Source: an uncultured Dehalococcoidales bacterium
Lineage (GTDB): Bacteria > Chloroflexota > Dehalococcoidia > Dehalococcoidales > GCA-2688105
Assembly (NCBI GenBank): GCA_964499445.1
Contig: CAZCLE010000001.1
Span: 29,615 to 93,614 of the forward strand
Direction of reading: 5' to 3'
DNA: 64,000 nt
The translations under genes were made by a program, and so were the position numbers. Of this stretch, positions 18,474 to 26,100 are shown one piece after another. Positions within the stretch are counted from its first letter, which is position 1; each line of letters begins with the position of its first letter. Below the pieces are notes generated by a model. That model ran no database searches, was not told where the DNA came from, and saw only the letters and a program-made list of their open reading frames with translations.

Positions 18474-20428
18474 GTGTTGTTTACACCGAGCGAGAAAAGT
18501 GCAAAGGATGCTATACCTGCATACGTAACTGCCCAGCTAAGGCAATCAGGGTAAGAGAGGGCTTGGCTGAAGTGATAAAGGAACGCTGTATCGCCTGCGG
18601 CATCTGCGTCCAGATCTGCATGGCAAAAGCAAAGCTAGCAGAGAGCGACACAGGAATAGTTTGGCAACTACTGGGAGGGGAGGAACCGGTAATTGCTATG
18701 CTTTCATCTCCATTTCCCGCCGCCTTTCCCGAAGTTCGCCCGAGGCGGTTGGTAACCGCCCTGAAAAAACTGGGGTTTAGTGAGGTGATGGAGGATTCCT
18801 TCGGTGCCGAGCTCGTCTGCCGTGAATATGCCCGCCTTATAAAGGAAAACAGTGATAAACCTATCCTCTCATCTACCTGTCCCGCAGTAGTGTCCTACAT
18901 TGAGAAGCACTATCCCCAGCTCATCGATAATCTGGCACCCACTGCTTCCCCCATGATAGCTATGGGTAGAGTGATTAAACGGCAGTATAATCCGCAGGCT
19001 AAGGTGGTCTTCATTGGTCCTTGCGTGGCTAAGAAAGCTGAGGCTAAGGATGAGAATGTTGCCGGGGTGGTGGACGCCGTCCTGACCTTTGCTGAGATGA
19101 AGGAGATGTTCGCCGCTAAAGGTATCAATCCCGAAACTGAGGAAGAAGGTCAATTCTCGGGGCCTAAGCCCAACCTGGGTCGCCTGTTCGCCATAACCGG
19201 GGGACTGCTCAAGATAGCCGGACTTTCCGATGACATCATAGCCAATGAAATTATCAATGCCTGTGGCCGGGACTATACGCTGAATATCGTTCGGGAGTTT
19301 GCCGAAGGCAATATCACTGCCAGGTTCATCAGCCTATGTTTCTGTGAAGGCTGTATTGACGGGCCGGTCATTGATAATGACCTAAGCATTTTTAAACGAA
19401 GGGAAATAATCAGCAATTATACTCTAAGCCAGTCAGACCCGACTCAGACCGAGAGGGACATAAAGGAGTATGCTAGCATTGACCTCAACCGCAAATTTAC
19501 CCACCGAGGTGTCGGCCTGCCGACGCCCAATGAGGAAGATGTTCAACGGGTTTTAAAGAAAATTGGCAGGGTGGACCCCCACTACCGAATGAATTGTGGT
19601 GCTTGTGGCTATAGCGGTTGCCGAGAGCTGGCAGTCGCTGTCTGTCAGGGTCTAGCTGAGACTGAAATGTGCTGGCCGTACGTGCTTGAGAAGTTGAGGA
19701 CTACTCAAGAAGAGTTAATCCAAGCTGAGAAACTGACCTCTCTGGGTCAGATGGCAGCCTCTATTGCTCATGAGGTTAATAATCCTCTGGCTGGCGTCCT
19801 CGTCTATACCCAATTGTTGGCTAAAAAGATAGCTGGTGACAAATTCTCCAAAGAGGTTGCTCTTGACTACCTATCGAAAATGGAACCGGAACTCACTCGC
19901 AGCACCAGGTTAATCCGAGGCCTTCTGGATTTCGCCCGACAGTCGCCCCCAACCCTCAGGGAGGTGAACCTCAACGAGGTCATTAACCGAGCCCTTGACC
20001 TCGCGGCTCATTCAGCTAAGCTACAGCATATCCAGATAATAAAAGAGCTCAACCCCTCCTTGCCTGAGCCCATGGCTGACTTTGACCAGCTTCAACAGGT
20101 CTGTGCCAACCTTATTATGAATGCTATCCAGGCAATGTCTGAAGGCGGCATGCTAACCCTCCGCACCTCAGTCGCTAACGATAGTCAGCTCAAGATAGAG
20201 GTTCAGGATACCGGTTGTGGCATTTCTCAGGAAAATATGCGCAAGCTGTTCACCCCCTTCTTCACCACTAAGGGAAAGGGAAAGGGGGTAGGTCTGGGTC
20301 TGGCGGTGGCCTATGGAATTATCCAGCGCCATCACGGCAAGATAGAAGTGCAAAGTAAGGAGGGAGAGGGTACTACCTTCACCATCCGCCTACCCCGGCA
20401 CCACGGGAAAAGGCCAGAAGATAAATAG
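18470..20428 (+). CDS. Sensor histidine kinase with an N-terminal 2x[4Fe-4S] ferredoxin, a [FeFe]-hydrogenase large-subunit-like (H-domain-like) domain and a putative Fe-S (CxxC...C...C) domain
   Basis: 652 aa. CKGCYTCIRNCP and CIACGICVQIC form the ferredoxin part. Hydrogenase-like motifs are SSTCPAVV (vs TSCCP), GPCVAKKAE (vs MPCxxKxxE) and LCFCEGCIDGP (vs MxCxxGCxxG). MNCGACGYSGCRELAVAVCQG...C follows. The transmitter has H-box SIAHEVNNPL, NLIMNAIQA, DTGCGI and GVGLGLA. Confidence 0.8.
   Translation: MSVVYTEREKCKGCYTCIRNCPAKAIRVREGLAEVIKERCIACGICVQICMAKAKLAESDTGIVWQLLGGEEPVIAMLSSPFPAAFPEVRPRRLVTALKKLGFSEVMEDSFGAELVCREYARLIKENSDKPILSSTCPAVVSYIEKHYPQLIDNLAPTASPMIAMGRVIKRQYNPQAKVVFIGPCVAKKAEAKDENVAGVVDAVLTFAEMKEMFAAKGINPETEEEGQFSGPKPNLGRLFAITGGLLKIAGLSDDIIANEIINACGRDYTLNIVREFAEGNITARFISLCFCEGCIDGPVIDNDLSIFKRREIISNYTLSQSDPTQTERDIKEYASIDLNRKFTHRGVGLPTPNEEDVQRVLKKIGRVDPHYRMNCGACGYSGCRELAVAVCQGLAETEMCWPYVLEKLRTTQEELIQAEKLTSLGQMAASIAHEVNNPLAGVLVYTQLLAKKIAGDKFSKEVALDYLSKMEPELTRSTRLIRGLLDFARQSPPTLREVNLNEVINRALDLAAHSAKLQHIQIIKELNPSLPEPMADFDQLQQVCANLIMNAIQAMSEGGMLTLRTSVANDSQLKIEVQDTGCGISQENMRKLFTPFFTTKGKGKGVGLGLAVAYGIIQRHHGKIEVQSKEGEGTTFTIRLPRHHGKRPEDK
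19724..20332 (+). repeat. Copy 1 of a 609-bp duplicated transmitter module (DHp + CA)
   Basis: It reads base-for-base the same as 20997-21605 (offset 1273) where I compared the lines. The encoded 200+ aa are identical in the ORF track. One mismatch sits just upstream (19723 A vs 20996 G), and similarity decays after 20332/21605. Confidence 0.85.
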
Positions 20429-20444
20429 TTGAGTAAGGTTCTTA

Positions 20445-21701
20445 ATGGAAGAGACTATAACAACCAAACCTACCCTAAAAAGCACCCTGCAGCGCTGGGA
20501 AGAAAGCATAGTAACCAGAGTTGCGGAATGGTTGCCACAGAGCGACACCAGGGGTGTGCGAAGCCCTCACTTGTGGATAATCACGGCTCTAATGGCACTT
20601 GGCACGGTCATTTACTATATAGACCAGACCCCCCTGGTTAGCGTGCCACCATTTAATTACAGCTTTTTTACTAGTGTCCATGACCTGCATCGAACATTAT
20701 TTTTCATTCCTATAATCTACGCGGCGCTGGTATTCAGGGTTCGGGGAAGCCTAATCGCTTCCTTCGTTTTTCTCGGCGTGGTGTTGCCACGTGCCCTGCT
20801 ATTCTCCCCCTATCCCGACCCACTACTCAGGCCACTTCTCCTTGTCGCCTTGGCCACTTTTGTCACTCTGTTAATAGCGACACAGCTTAATCGAATTGAA
20901 AGGGAAAGAAAGGCTCGCGCTGAACTGAGCACAGCCTACCAGGAGCTTAGCGAATATGACCAGCGGCTGAGAGAAAGCCAGGAGCAACTAATCCAGGCTG
21001 AGAAACTGACCTCTCTGGGTCAGATGGCAGCCTCTATTGCTCATGAGGTTAATAATCCTCTGGCTGGCGTCCTCGTCTATACCCAATTGTTGGCTAAAAA
21101 GATAGCTGGTGACAAATTCTCCAAAGAGGTTGCTCTTGACTACCTATCGAAAATGGAACCGGAACTCACTCGCAGCACCAGGTTAATCCGAGGCCTTCTG
21201 GATTTCGCCCGACAGTCGCCCCCAACCCTCAGGGAGGTGAACCTCAACGAGGTCATTAACCGAGCCCTTGACCTCGCGGCTCATTCAGCTAAGCTACAGC
21301 ATATCCAGATAATAAAAGAGCTCAACCCCTCCTTGCCTGAGCCCATGGCTGACTTTGACCAGCTTCAACAGGTCTGTGCCAACCTTATTATGAATGCTAT
21401 CCAGGCAATGTCTGAAGGCGGCATGCTAACCCTCCGCACCTCAGTCGCTAACGATAGTCAGCTCAAGATAGAGGTTCAGGATACCGGTTGTGGCATTTCT
21501 CAGGAAAATATGCGCAAGCTGTTCACCCCCTTCTTCACCACTAAGGGAAAGGGAAAGGGGGTAGGTCTGGGTCTGGCGGTGGCCTATGGAATTATCCAGC
21601 GCCATAAAGGTAGAATAGGAGTGCAAAGTAAGGAGGGGGAGGGTACTACCTTTACCATCTATCTACCATTGCACCATGAAGAACATGAAGAAAAAGGCTA
21701 A
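20445..21701 (+). CDS. Membrane-bound sensor histidine kinase (about 4 TM segments), whose transmitter is identical to that of the preceding kinase
   Basis: 418 aa. Hydrophobic segments are HLWIITALMALGTVIYYI, LFFIPIIYAALVF, LIASFVFLGVVL and LLLVALATFVTLLIA. A coiled coil follows, then the same LIQAEKLTSLGQMAASIAHEVNNPL...GLAVAYGIIQRH block as ORF 18470-20428. Confidence 0.85.
   Translation: MEETITTKPTLKSTLQRWEESIVTRVAEWLPQSDTRGVRSPHLWIITALMALGTVIYYIDQTPLVSVPPFNYSFFTSVHDLHRTLFFIPIIYAALVFRVRGSLIASFVFLGVVLPRALLFSPYPDPLLRPLLLVALATFVTLLIATQLNRIERERKARAELSTAYQELSEYDQRLRESQEQLIQAEKLTSLGQMAASIAHEVNNPLAGVLVYTQLLAKKIAGDKFSKEVALDYLSKMEPELTRSTRLIRGLLDFARQSPPTLREVNLNEVINRALDLAAHSAKLQHIQIIKELNPSLPEPMADFDQLQQVCANLIMNAIQAMSEGGMLTLRTSVANDSQLKIEVQDTGCGISQENMRKLFTPFFTTKGKGKGVGLGLAVAYGIIQRHKGRIGVQSKEGEGTTFTIYLPLHHEEHEEKG
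20997..21605 (+). repeat. Copy 2 of the 609-bp duplicated transmitter module
   Basis: See 19724-20332. Confidence 0.85.
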
Positions 21702-23046
21702 AATCCTAGTGGTTGATGATGAAGTCATTATCCGCGAGTCGCTCCGTGACTGGCTCAGCGATGTCGGGCACCTAGTGCTTACCGCAGAGAACGGTCCCCA
21801 GGCTCTGGAGATTATCCAAAAGGAGAAACCAGCCGTCGCTATTGTTGATTTGGTAATGCCCGGGATGGACGGGATTGAACTACTAAAGAGAGCCAGGGAA
21901 ATATCGCCCAGCATTGAGGTGGTCATCATCACTGCCTATGGCAGTATCCCCACGGCTATTACTGCCATGAGGGAAGGCGCCTATGACTACATCGAGAAGC
22001 CCTTCTGCCCGGAAAAGGTAGAGCTGTTGATTGAGAAACTGGTGGAACATCAACGGCTAATCGAGGAGAACATTTCCCTGCACCAGAAATTAGAGGAGCG
22101 CTACCAATTCCAGAATATCATTGCCAAGAGCCCCAAGATGCAGCAGGTAATCGAGGTAATTAAGGTCGTCGCCAAGAGTAATGCTACGGTGTTGATTGTT
22201 GGTGAGAGTGGTACCGGTAAGGAACTTGTCGCCCGAGCCATCCACTCCCAGAGCTACCGTAAGGATAAGCCGTTTATCGCCGTCAGTTGCGCTGCTTTGC
22301 CGGAGACTCTCCTTGAGAGTGAGCTATTCGGACATGAGAAGGGCTCCTTTACCGGGGCTCATGCTCAACGGAGGGGGAAATTTGAAATCGCTAACAAAGG
22401 CTCCCTCTTCCTGGATGAGATTGGTGAGATGAGTGCCAATATCCAGGTTCACCTGCTCCGAGTCTTGGAGGAGAAGGAATTCACCAGAGTTGGCGGCAAT
22501 GAGCTAGTTAAGGTCGATGTAAGGGTCATCTCAGCGACCAATAAGGACATAAAAAGAGCCATAGCCAATGAGCAGTTTCGGGAGGACCTTTACTACCGAC
22601 TCAACGTGGTTACTATTGAATTGCCACCGTTGAGAGAGAGGAAGGAGGATATTCTCCTCTTAGCCCAGCACTTCCTAAAAAAGTTTGCTGTGGAAAATCA
22701 AAAGGAGATTACCAGCTTCTCTGCCGAGGCTACTGATTTTCTTTTGAAATATGAGTGGCCGGGTAATGTCCGAGAACTGGAAAATGCTGTTGAAAGGGCG
22801 GTCATCTTAGCCAAAAATTCTTATATTGAGATTACTGACCTGCCCCAGGAAAGCTTAACATTGGCTCACTCATCTCCATCAGGGAAAAGCCTGGAAGAAA
22901 TCGAGAAAAACCATATCCTGAATATACTCAACGAAACCGGTGGAAACTATAGTAAAGCGGCTAGAATCATGGGGATTTCCAGAATGACGCTTTACAACAA
23001 GGTTAGGGCATATGGATTAGATGTAAATAAAATAGACAGTAACTGA
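21676..23046 (+). CDS. NtrC-family sigma-54-dependent response regulator (REC + AAA+ + Fis-type HTH)
   Basis: 456 aa. ILVVDDE...VAIVDLVMPGMDG is the receiver. Walker A is GESGTGKE, and ESELFGHEKGSFTGA is the GAFTGA-type sigma-54 contact loop. LFLDEIGEM and the C-terminal GNYSKAARIMGISRMTLYNK HTH are also present. It overlaps the upstream kinase by 26 nt. Confidence 0.9.
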   Translation: MKNMKKKAKILVVDDEVIIRESLRDWLSDVGHLVLTAENGPQALEIIQKEKPAVAIVDLVMPGMDGIELLKRAREISPSIEVVIITAYGSIPTAITAMREGAYDYIEKPFCPEKVELLIEKLVEHQRLIEENISLHQKLEERYQFQNIIAKSPKMQQVIEVIKVVAKSNATVLIVGESGTGKELVARAIHSQSYRKDKPFIAVSCAALPETLLESELFGHEKGSFTGAHAQRRGKFEIANKGSLFLDEIGEMSANIQVHLLRVLEEKEFTRVGGNELVKVDVRVISATNKDIKRAIANEQFREDLYYRLNVVTIELPPLRERKEDILLLAQHFLKKFAVENQKEITSFSAEATDFLLKYEWPGNVRELENAVERAVILAKNSYIEITDLPQESLTLAHSSPSGKSLEEIEKNHILNILNETGGNYSKAARIMGISRMTLYNKVRAYGLDVNKIDSN

Positions 23047-23089
23047 CTAACTCTTTTACAATTAAAACTTCCGCTTAAAGCAAACATTT

Positions 23090-23125
23090 AGGCTATCCTG
23101 ACCATTCAAGATAGCCTTTTCTTTT
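23090..23125 (+). terminator. Hairpin plus T-run after the NtrC-type gene (alternatively a palindromic protein-binding site)
   Basis: AGGCTATC (23090-23097), a 12-nt loop, GATAGCCT (23110-23117), then TTTTCTTTT. Confidence 0.4.
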
Positions 23126-23140
23126 GGCAAGAAAATTGCA
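23125..23140 (+). promoter_or_regulatory. Sigma-54 (-24/-12) promoter candidate
   Basis: TGGCAAGAAAATTGCA, with GG at 23126-23127 and GC at 23138-23139. This is the canonical 12-nt register of TGGCAC-N5-TTGCA. The predicted TSS near 23150 leaves a leader of about 65 nt with AGGAGGAGG before ATG 23217. Confidence 0.5.
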
Positions 23141-23216
23141 TCTAAATAGGGTGGAGGTGATAGAAATGGAAAAGCAGGCAGTCCTAAAGGAAGAGAAAAT
23201 AGGAGGAGGTGGAAAG

Positions 23217-24245
23217 ATGAAACCGATATTGATAGTAGAGGATGAAGTCATTATGAGAGAGTCTCTCCGAGATTGGCTGACTGACAGCGGTTATCACGTG
23301 GAGACTGCTGAGGAAGGAGAGGAAGCGTTAAAAACTATTGCCGAGCGGGACTTTGGTGTTGTCATCCTTGACCTGAGGTTGCCGGGAAAGGACGGGATTG
23401 AGGTACTAAGAGAGGCCAAGGAGAAAAGACCGCAGCTTAAGGGAATCATTATCACCGCTTATCCTTCGGTGCCGACAGCGGTAGAGGCGATGAAGGAGGG
23501 GGCTATTGATTATCTACCCAAACCCTTCGACCTTGATGACCTGGAAAAATTAATCCAGGGCACTCTGGGACCGGTTCAGGTAGAGATAAGACCAAAGGCT
23601 GTTACTGAAGAAGCTGTGGCTGAACCACCTGTAGTAGAGGAGGCTAAGGTTGAGGAGGTCATAGCCGTAGCTCCGGAGGAAATCCCGGTTCACCTCAAGC
23701 AAGGCAAGGCTCACTTTGAGGCTTGTAACTACCGGGAGGCTCTTAAGGAGTTTGAGGCTGTCATCGCCGTGGCTCCGGGCAGCATTGAGACCCGTGTCTG
23801 GATACGAAAGACCCATGAAGCACTAACCAAGCCCAAGGTTGAGGGGGTAGTTGAAGGGGAAGCGGCTCCTGTCGCTGAGGAAGCCAAGCCAAAGGAGTGC
23901 CTGTGGATGAAGCTGGGGATGGTTTCTTACCGCATCTGCACCAATGACTACAACTGTCTCACCTGCGAGTTTGACCAGACGATGCAGGAGAAGATGGCTA
24001 GTGGTGAAGCTCCAGAGCTTGATGCCGCACTGGAAAGATTTAAGGCACTACCTGGAAATCAGAGGCTCTGCCGCTATGCCCTTAAGGGCGATGTCTCATA
24101 CCGGATTTGCACCCGCCTCTTCCAGTGTGACACCTGCGAGTTTGGTCAAATGATGGAGGATGCCCTCCAGCAGAAACTGGCTAAGCTGGCGACACGACGG
24201 GAGGCCCTGCTCAAAAAGGAGCAAAAAGCTGAAGCCAAAGCGTAA
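23217..24245 (+). CDS. Response regulator: a receiver, a helical (TPR-like) linker, and two copies of a C-X12-C-X5-C-X2-C motif
   Basis: The ORF track starts at 23124. I prefer ATG 23217 (MKPILIVEDE, AGGAGGAGG upstream), which parallels ORF 15109. The receiver is about 90% identical to that of ORF 15109. C-terminal motifs are CLWMKLGMVSYRICTNDYNCLTCEF and CRYALKGDVSYRICTRLFQCDTCEF. Confidence 0.8.
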   Translation: MKPILIVEDEVIMRESLRDWLTDSGYHVETAEEGEEALKTIAERDFGVVILDLRLPGKDGIEVLREAKEKRPQLKGIIITAYPSVPTAVEAMKEGAIDYLPKPFDLDDLEKLIQGTLGPVQVEIRPKAVTEEAVAEPPVVEEAKVEEVIAVAPEEIPVHLKQGKAHFEACNYREALKEFEAVIAVAPGSIETRVWIRKTHEALTKPKVEGVVEGEAAPVAEEAKPKECLWMKLGMVSYRICTNDYNCLTCEFDQTMQEKMASGEAPELDAALERFKALPGNQRLCRYALKGDVSYRICTRLFQCDTCEFGQMMEDALQQKLAKLATRREALLKKEQKAEAKA

Positions 24246-24281
24246 ATAAAGCACCTTTGGACTGCGAAGATATAGCTAAGA

Positions 24282-24318
24282 AGATATACGCTCCAACAAG
24301 CGTATATCTTTTATTTCA
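24282..24318 (+). terminator. Rho-independent terminator closing the regulatory cluster
   Basis: AGATATACGC (24282-24291), an 8-nt loop, GCGTATATCT (24300-24309), then TTTTATTT. Confidence 0.55.
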
Positions 24319-24481
24319 TCCTGCCAGAAGGCTATCGGACGGAACCAAAGGGAATCACGTCCATTAGCATATCTGGGTGTTGAATCGATACCCGATAGGT
24401 GGAAAAACAAGCTTGAGAACAGACGGTATATAGAGGAGCTAGCCAAGAAGTTATGGATGGGATTCGTCAATAAGGGCTAGT

Positions 24482-24683
24482 ATATTCGGCAAAGAAAGCA
24501 CATTTTCTCTCTCGCTCTCCCCCCAGCAGTTTATCGAGCTACTCACCAGCCGTGGTGTGGAGGTGGTGGCGGACGTGAGGAGATTCCCTTACAGCATCTG
24601 AGTTCCAGATGAGGGTGAAGGAGCTGGAGAAAGTAGCTCAGGAGAGGAAGGTAGCCATCAATTGCGCTGAGCAATTCCTGTGA
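24482..24683 (+). pseudogene. DUF488-family gene remnant, broken by stop/frameshift
   Basis: My translation gives ...SPQQFIELLTSRGVEVVADVRRFPYSI* (stop 24599-24601). A second piece reads MRVKELEKVAQERKVAINCAEQFL* (24609-24683). These resemble the DUF488 patterns FIELL..GI..LVDVR..P.S and VA.MCAE. Neither piece is full length. Confidence 0.45.
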
Positions 24684-25089
24684 CCATACACTTCAAGGCC
24701 AAGAGAATAAGGAGCACGGTGCGCTGTACCTCTAAGGGCTCCCGTGATAATACCTCAGCTACATACGGGTCCAGTCTCCCAATGGGTGTCTTACCCTCAA
24801 CCAGGGGGGAAGGTTGTGGGGGTAAGTAGCCAGCATAGGTAAATAGTTCACCCTCATCGAAGCCCAAGGGATTAGCAATCTTGCGCAGAGTATAAGCCGA
24901 TGGAAAGCGCTTTCCTCTTTCTATGCGACCGAGATGTGATGAGGATACACCCGACATAGCACTAAGCTCCGTTAGTGTCAGTGGTATTATGACCCTTCGT
25001 TGTTTGAGCATTTTGCCTAGGTCATTCCTGTTATCTGCAGTCACTCTGGCTTCCCCTTGGAGCAACATAAAAAAGGTCACCAAGCTCAT
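24658..25089 (-). CDS. XRE-family HTH transcriptional regulator
   Basis: 143 aa. LTLTELSAMSGVSSSHLGRIERGKRFPSAYTLRKIANPLG is a classic HTH_3 pattern. The true start may be internal (MLKQRR). Confidence 0.6.
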   Translation of the reverse strand: MSLVTFFMLLQGEARVTADNRNDLGKMLKQRRVIIPLTLTELSAMSGVSSSHLGRIERGKRFPSAYTLRKIANPLGFDEGELFTYAGYLPPQPSPLVEGKTPIGRLDPYVAEVLSREPLEVQRTVLLILLALKCMVTGIAQRN

Positions 25090-25264
25090 ATTCGGGAAAG
25101 GCTCTTATTGCCCCGACGATGAACTTTTGGTTTATGGAGCGCTTACCTTCTCTCACCCGGCAGACCTGGCTTACCGATATTCCCATAGCTCGAGCTAACT
25201 CAGATAAGCTCCCATACTTCCCATTGCAGAACTCAAAGACCTTTGTTTCTAGCTTCATAACCAC
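25031..25264 (-). CDS. Small XRE/Cro-like HTH protein
   Basis: 77 aa. SLSELARAMGISVSQVCRVREGKRSINQKFI. It overlaps the start of the downstream HTH ORF in another frame. Confidence 0.5.
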   Translation of the reverse strand: MVMKLETKVFEFCNGKYGSLSELARAMGISVSQVCRVREGKRSINQKFIVGAIRAFPEYELGDLFYVAPRGSQSDCR

Positions 25265-25381
25265 CTCCTGAGCTATACCTTTAACCTTCTGCCATAAACA
25301 TAACCTCCCCTCCGTAGCCCCTTCCTCACTGAGCCCAGAGCCAGGACTGAAACAGACGGTAAATCTAACCCCCGACAGGGG

Positions 25382-25525
25382 CTACCACTTACCAATCCTG
25401 AATACCTTGCCTCCACAGACTGGGCAGACCCCTTTCAATCCTAACCTACCGTTCTTTAAGGGGACCCGCTCAGCATTTTTGATTTCCCTCCTGACCTTAC
25501 ACCTTAAACAATATGCTTGTGCCAT
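25382..25525 (-). CDS. 47-aa zinc-ribbon protein (DUF5679-like)
   Basis: Below the ORF-track size cut-off. My translation is MAQAYCLRCKVRREIKNAERVPLKNGRLGLKGVCPVCGGKVFRIGKW*. It has CxxC...CxxC and AGGGGAG upstream of the ATG. Confidence 0.55.
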   Translation of the reverse strand: MAQAYCLRCKVRREIKNAERVPLKNGRLGLKGVCPVCGGKVFRIGKW

Positions 25526-25763
25526 TTGACTCCCCTTTGCCCCTTAGAAGCTTTTGCCAAACTCTTATTGCCAACTGATAGCAGGTCCTCTACTATGTAA
25601 TACCAGACAAAAACTCACTTTGCCACTTGTCCACCACTAGCTCTCGCTTTAAAAAATCCTAAATGAAAATATACTATAGGCCAACGGAAATATCAACTAA
25701 TAGTTGAGATGTTGCTCACCATATCTACTTCCTGCTCTACTATAATATAGAAAGGTAAAGTAA

Positions 25764-26078
25764 ATGAACCTAGGACAAAGAATTAGAGAAAGAAGGCAAA
25801 TCTTGAAAATTACCCAGCAAGAGCTGGCGGAAGCTCTTGGGGTGACGCCACAACACATTTCAGCTATGGAGCAAGGTAAACGAGCTCCCTCTTTGCCTTC
25901 TCTTGTCAAATTGGCTGAAGAACTGGGAGCAACTGTGGACTACCTTGTGACAGGTAAAGAAGGGGTTATCACAGATACAATACCGGCAATTAAGGCTGAT
26001 AAAAGCCTGAACCTTGATGTAAAGAGAGCGCTGATAGCCCTGGTAAAGGCGCTCTGTAAAGCTACCGTAAATGACTGA
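25764..26078 (+). CDS. XRE-family HTH transcriptional regulator
   Basis: 104 aa. LGQRIRERRQILKITQQELAEALGVTPQHISAMEQGKRAPSLPSLVKLAEELG. Confidence 0.7.
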   Translation: MNLGQRIRERRQILKITQQELAEALGVTPQHISAMEQGKRAPSLPSLVKLAEELGATVDYLVTGKEGVITDTIPAIKADKSLNLDVKRALIALVKALCKATVND

Positions 26079-26100
26079 ATCTGTCCCATCCCCATTTCGT

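Noticed and set aside
20429-20641. 70-aa ORF overlapping the start of the membrane kinase
   Set aside because: It is out of frame with, and almost wholly inside, the better-supported 418-aa kinase ORF. It has no motif.
23124-23216. Track start (TTG 23124) for the REC-Cys4 protein, and likewise 5843 for glcD-like and 36568 for thiC
   Set aside because: The internal ATGs have good SD sequences and give N-termini that match paralogues or family norms. The 23124 extension would also overlap the terminator and the -24/-12 element.
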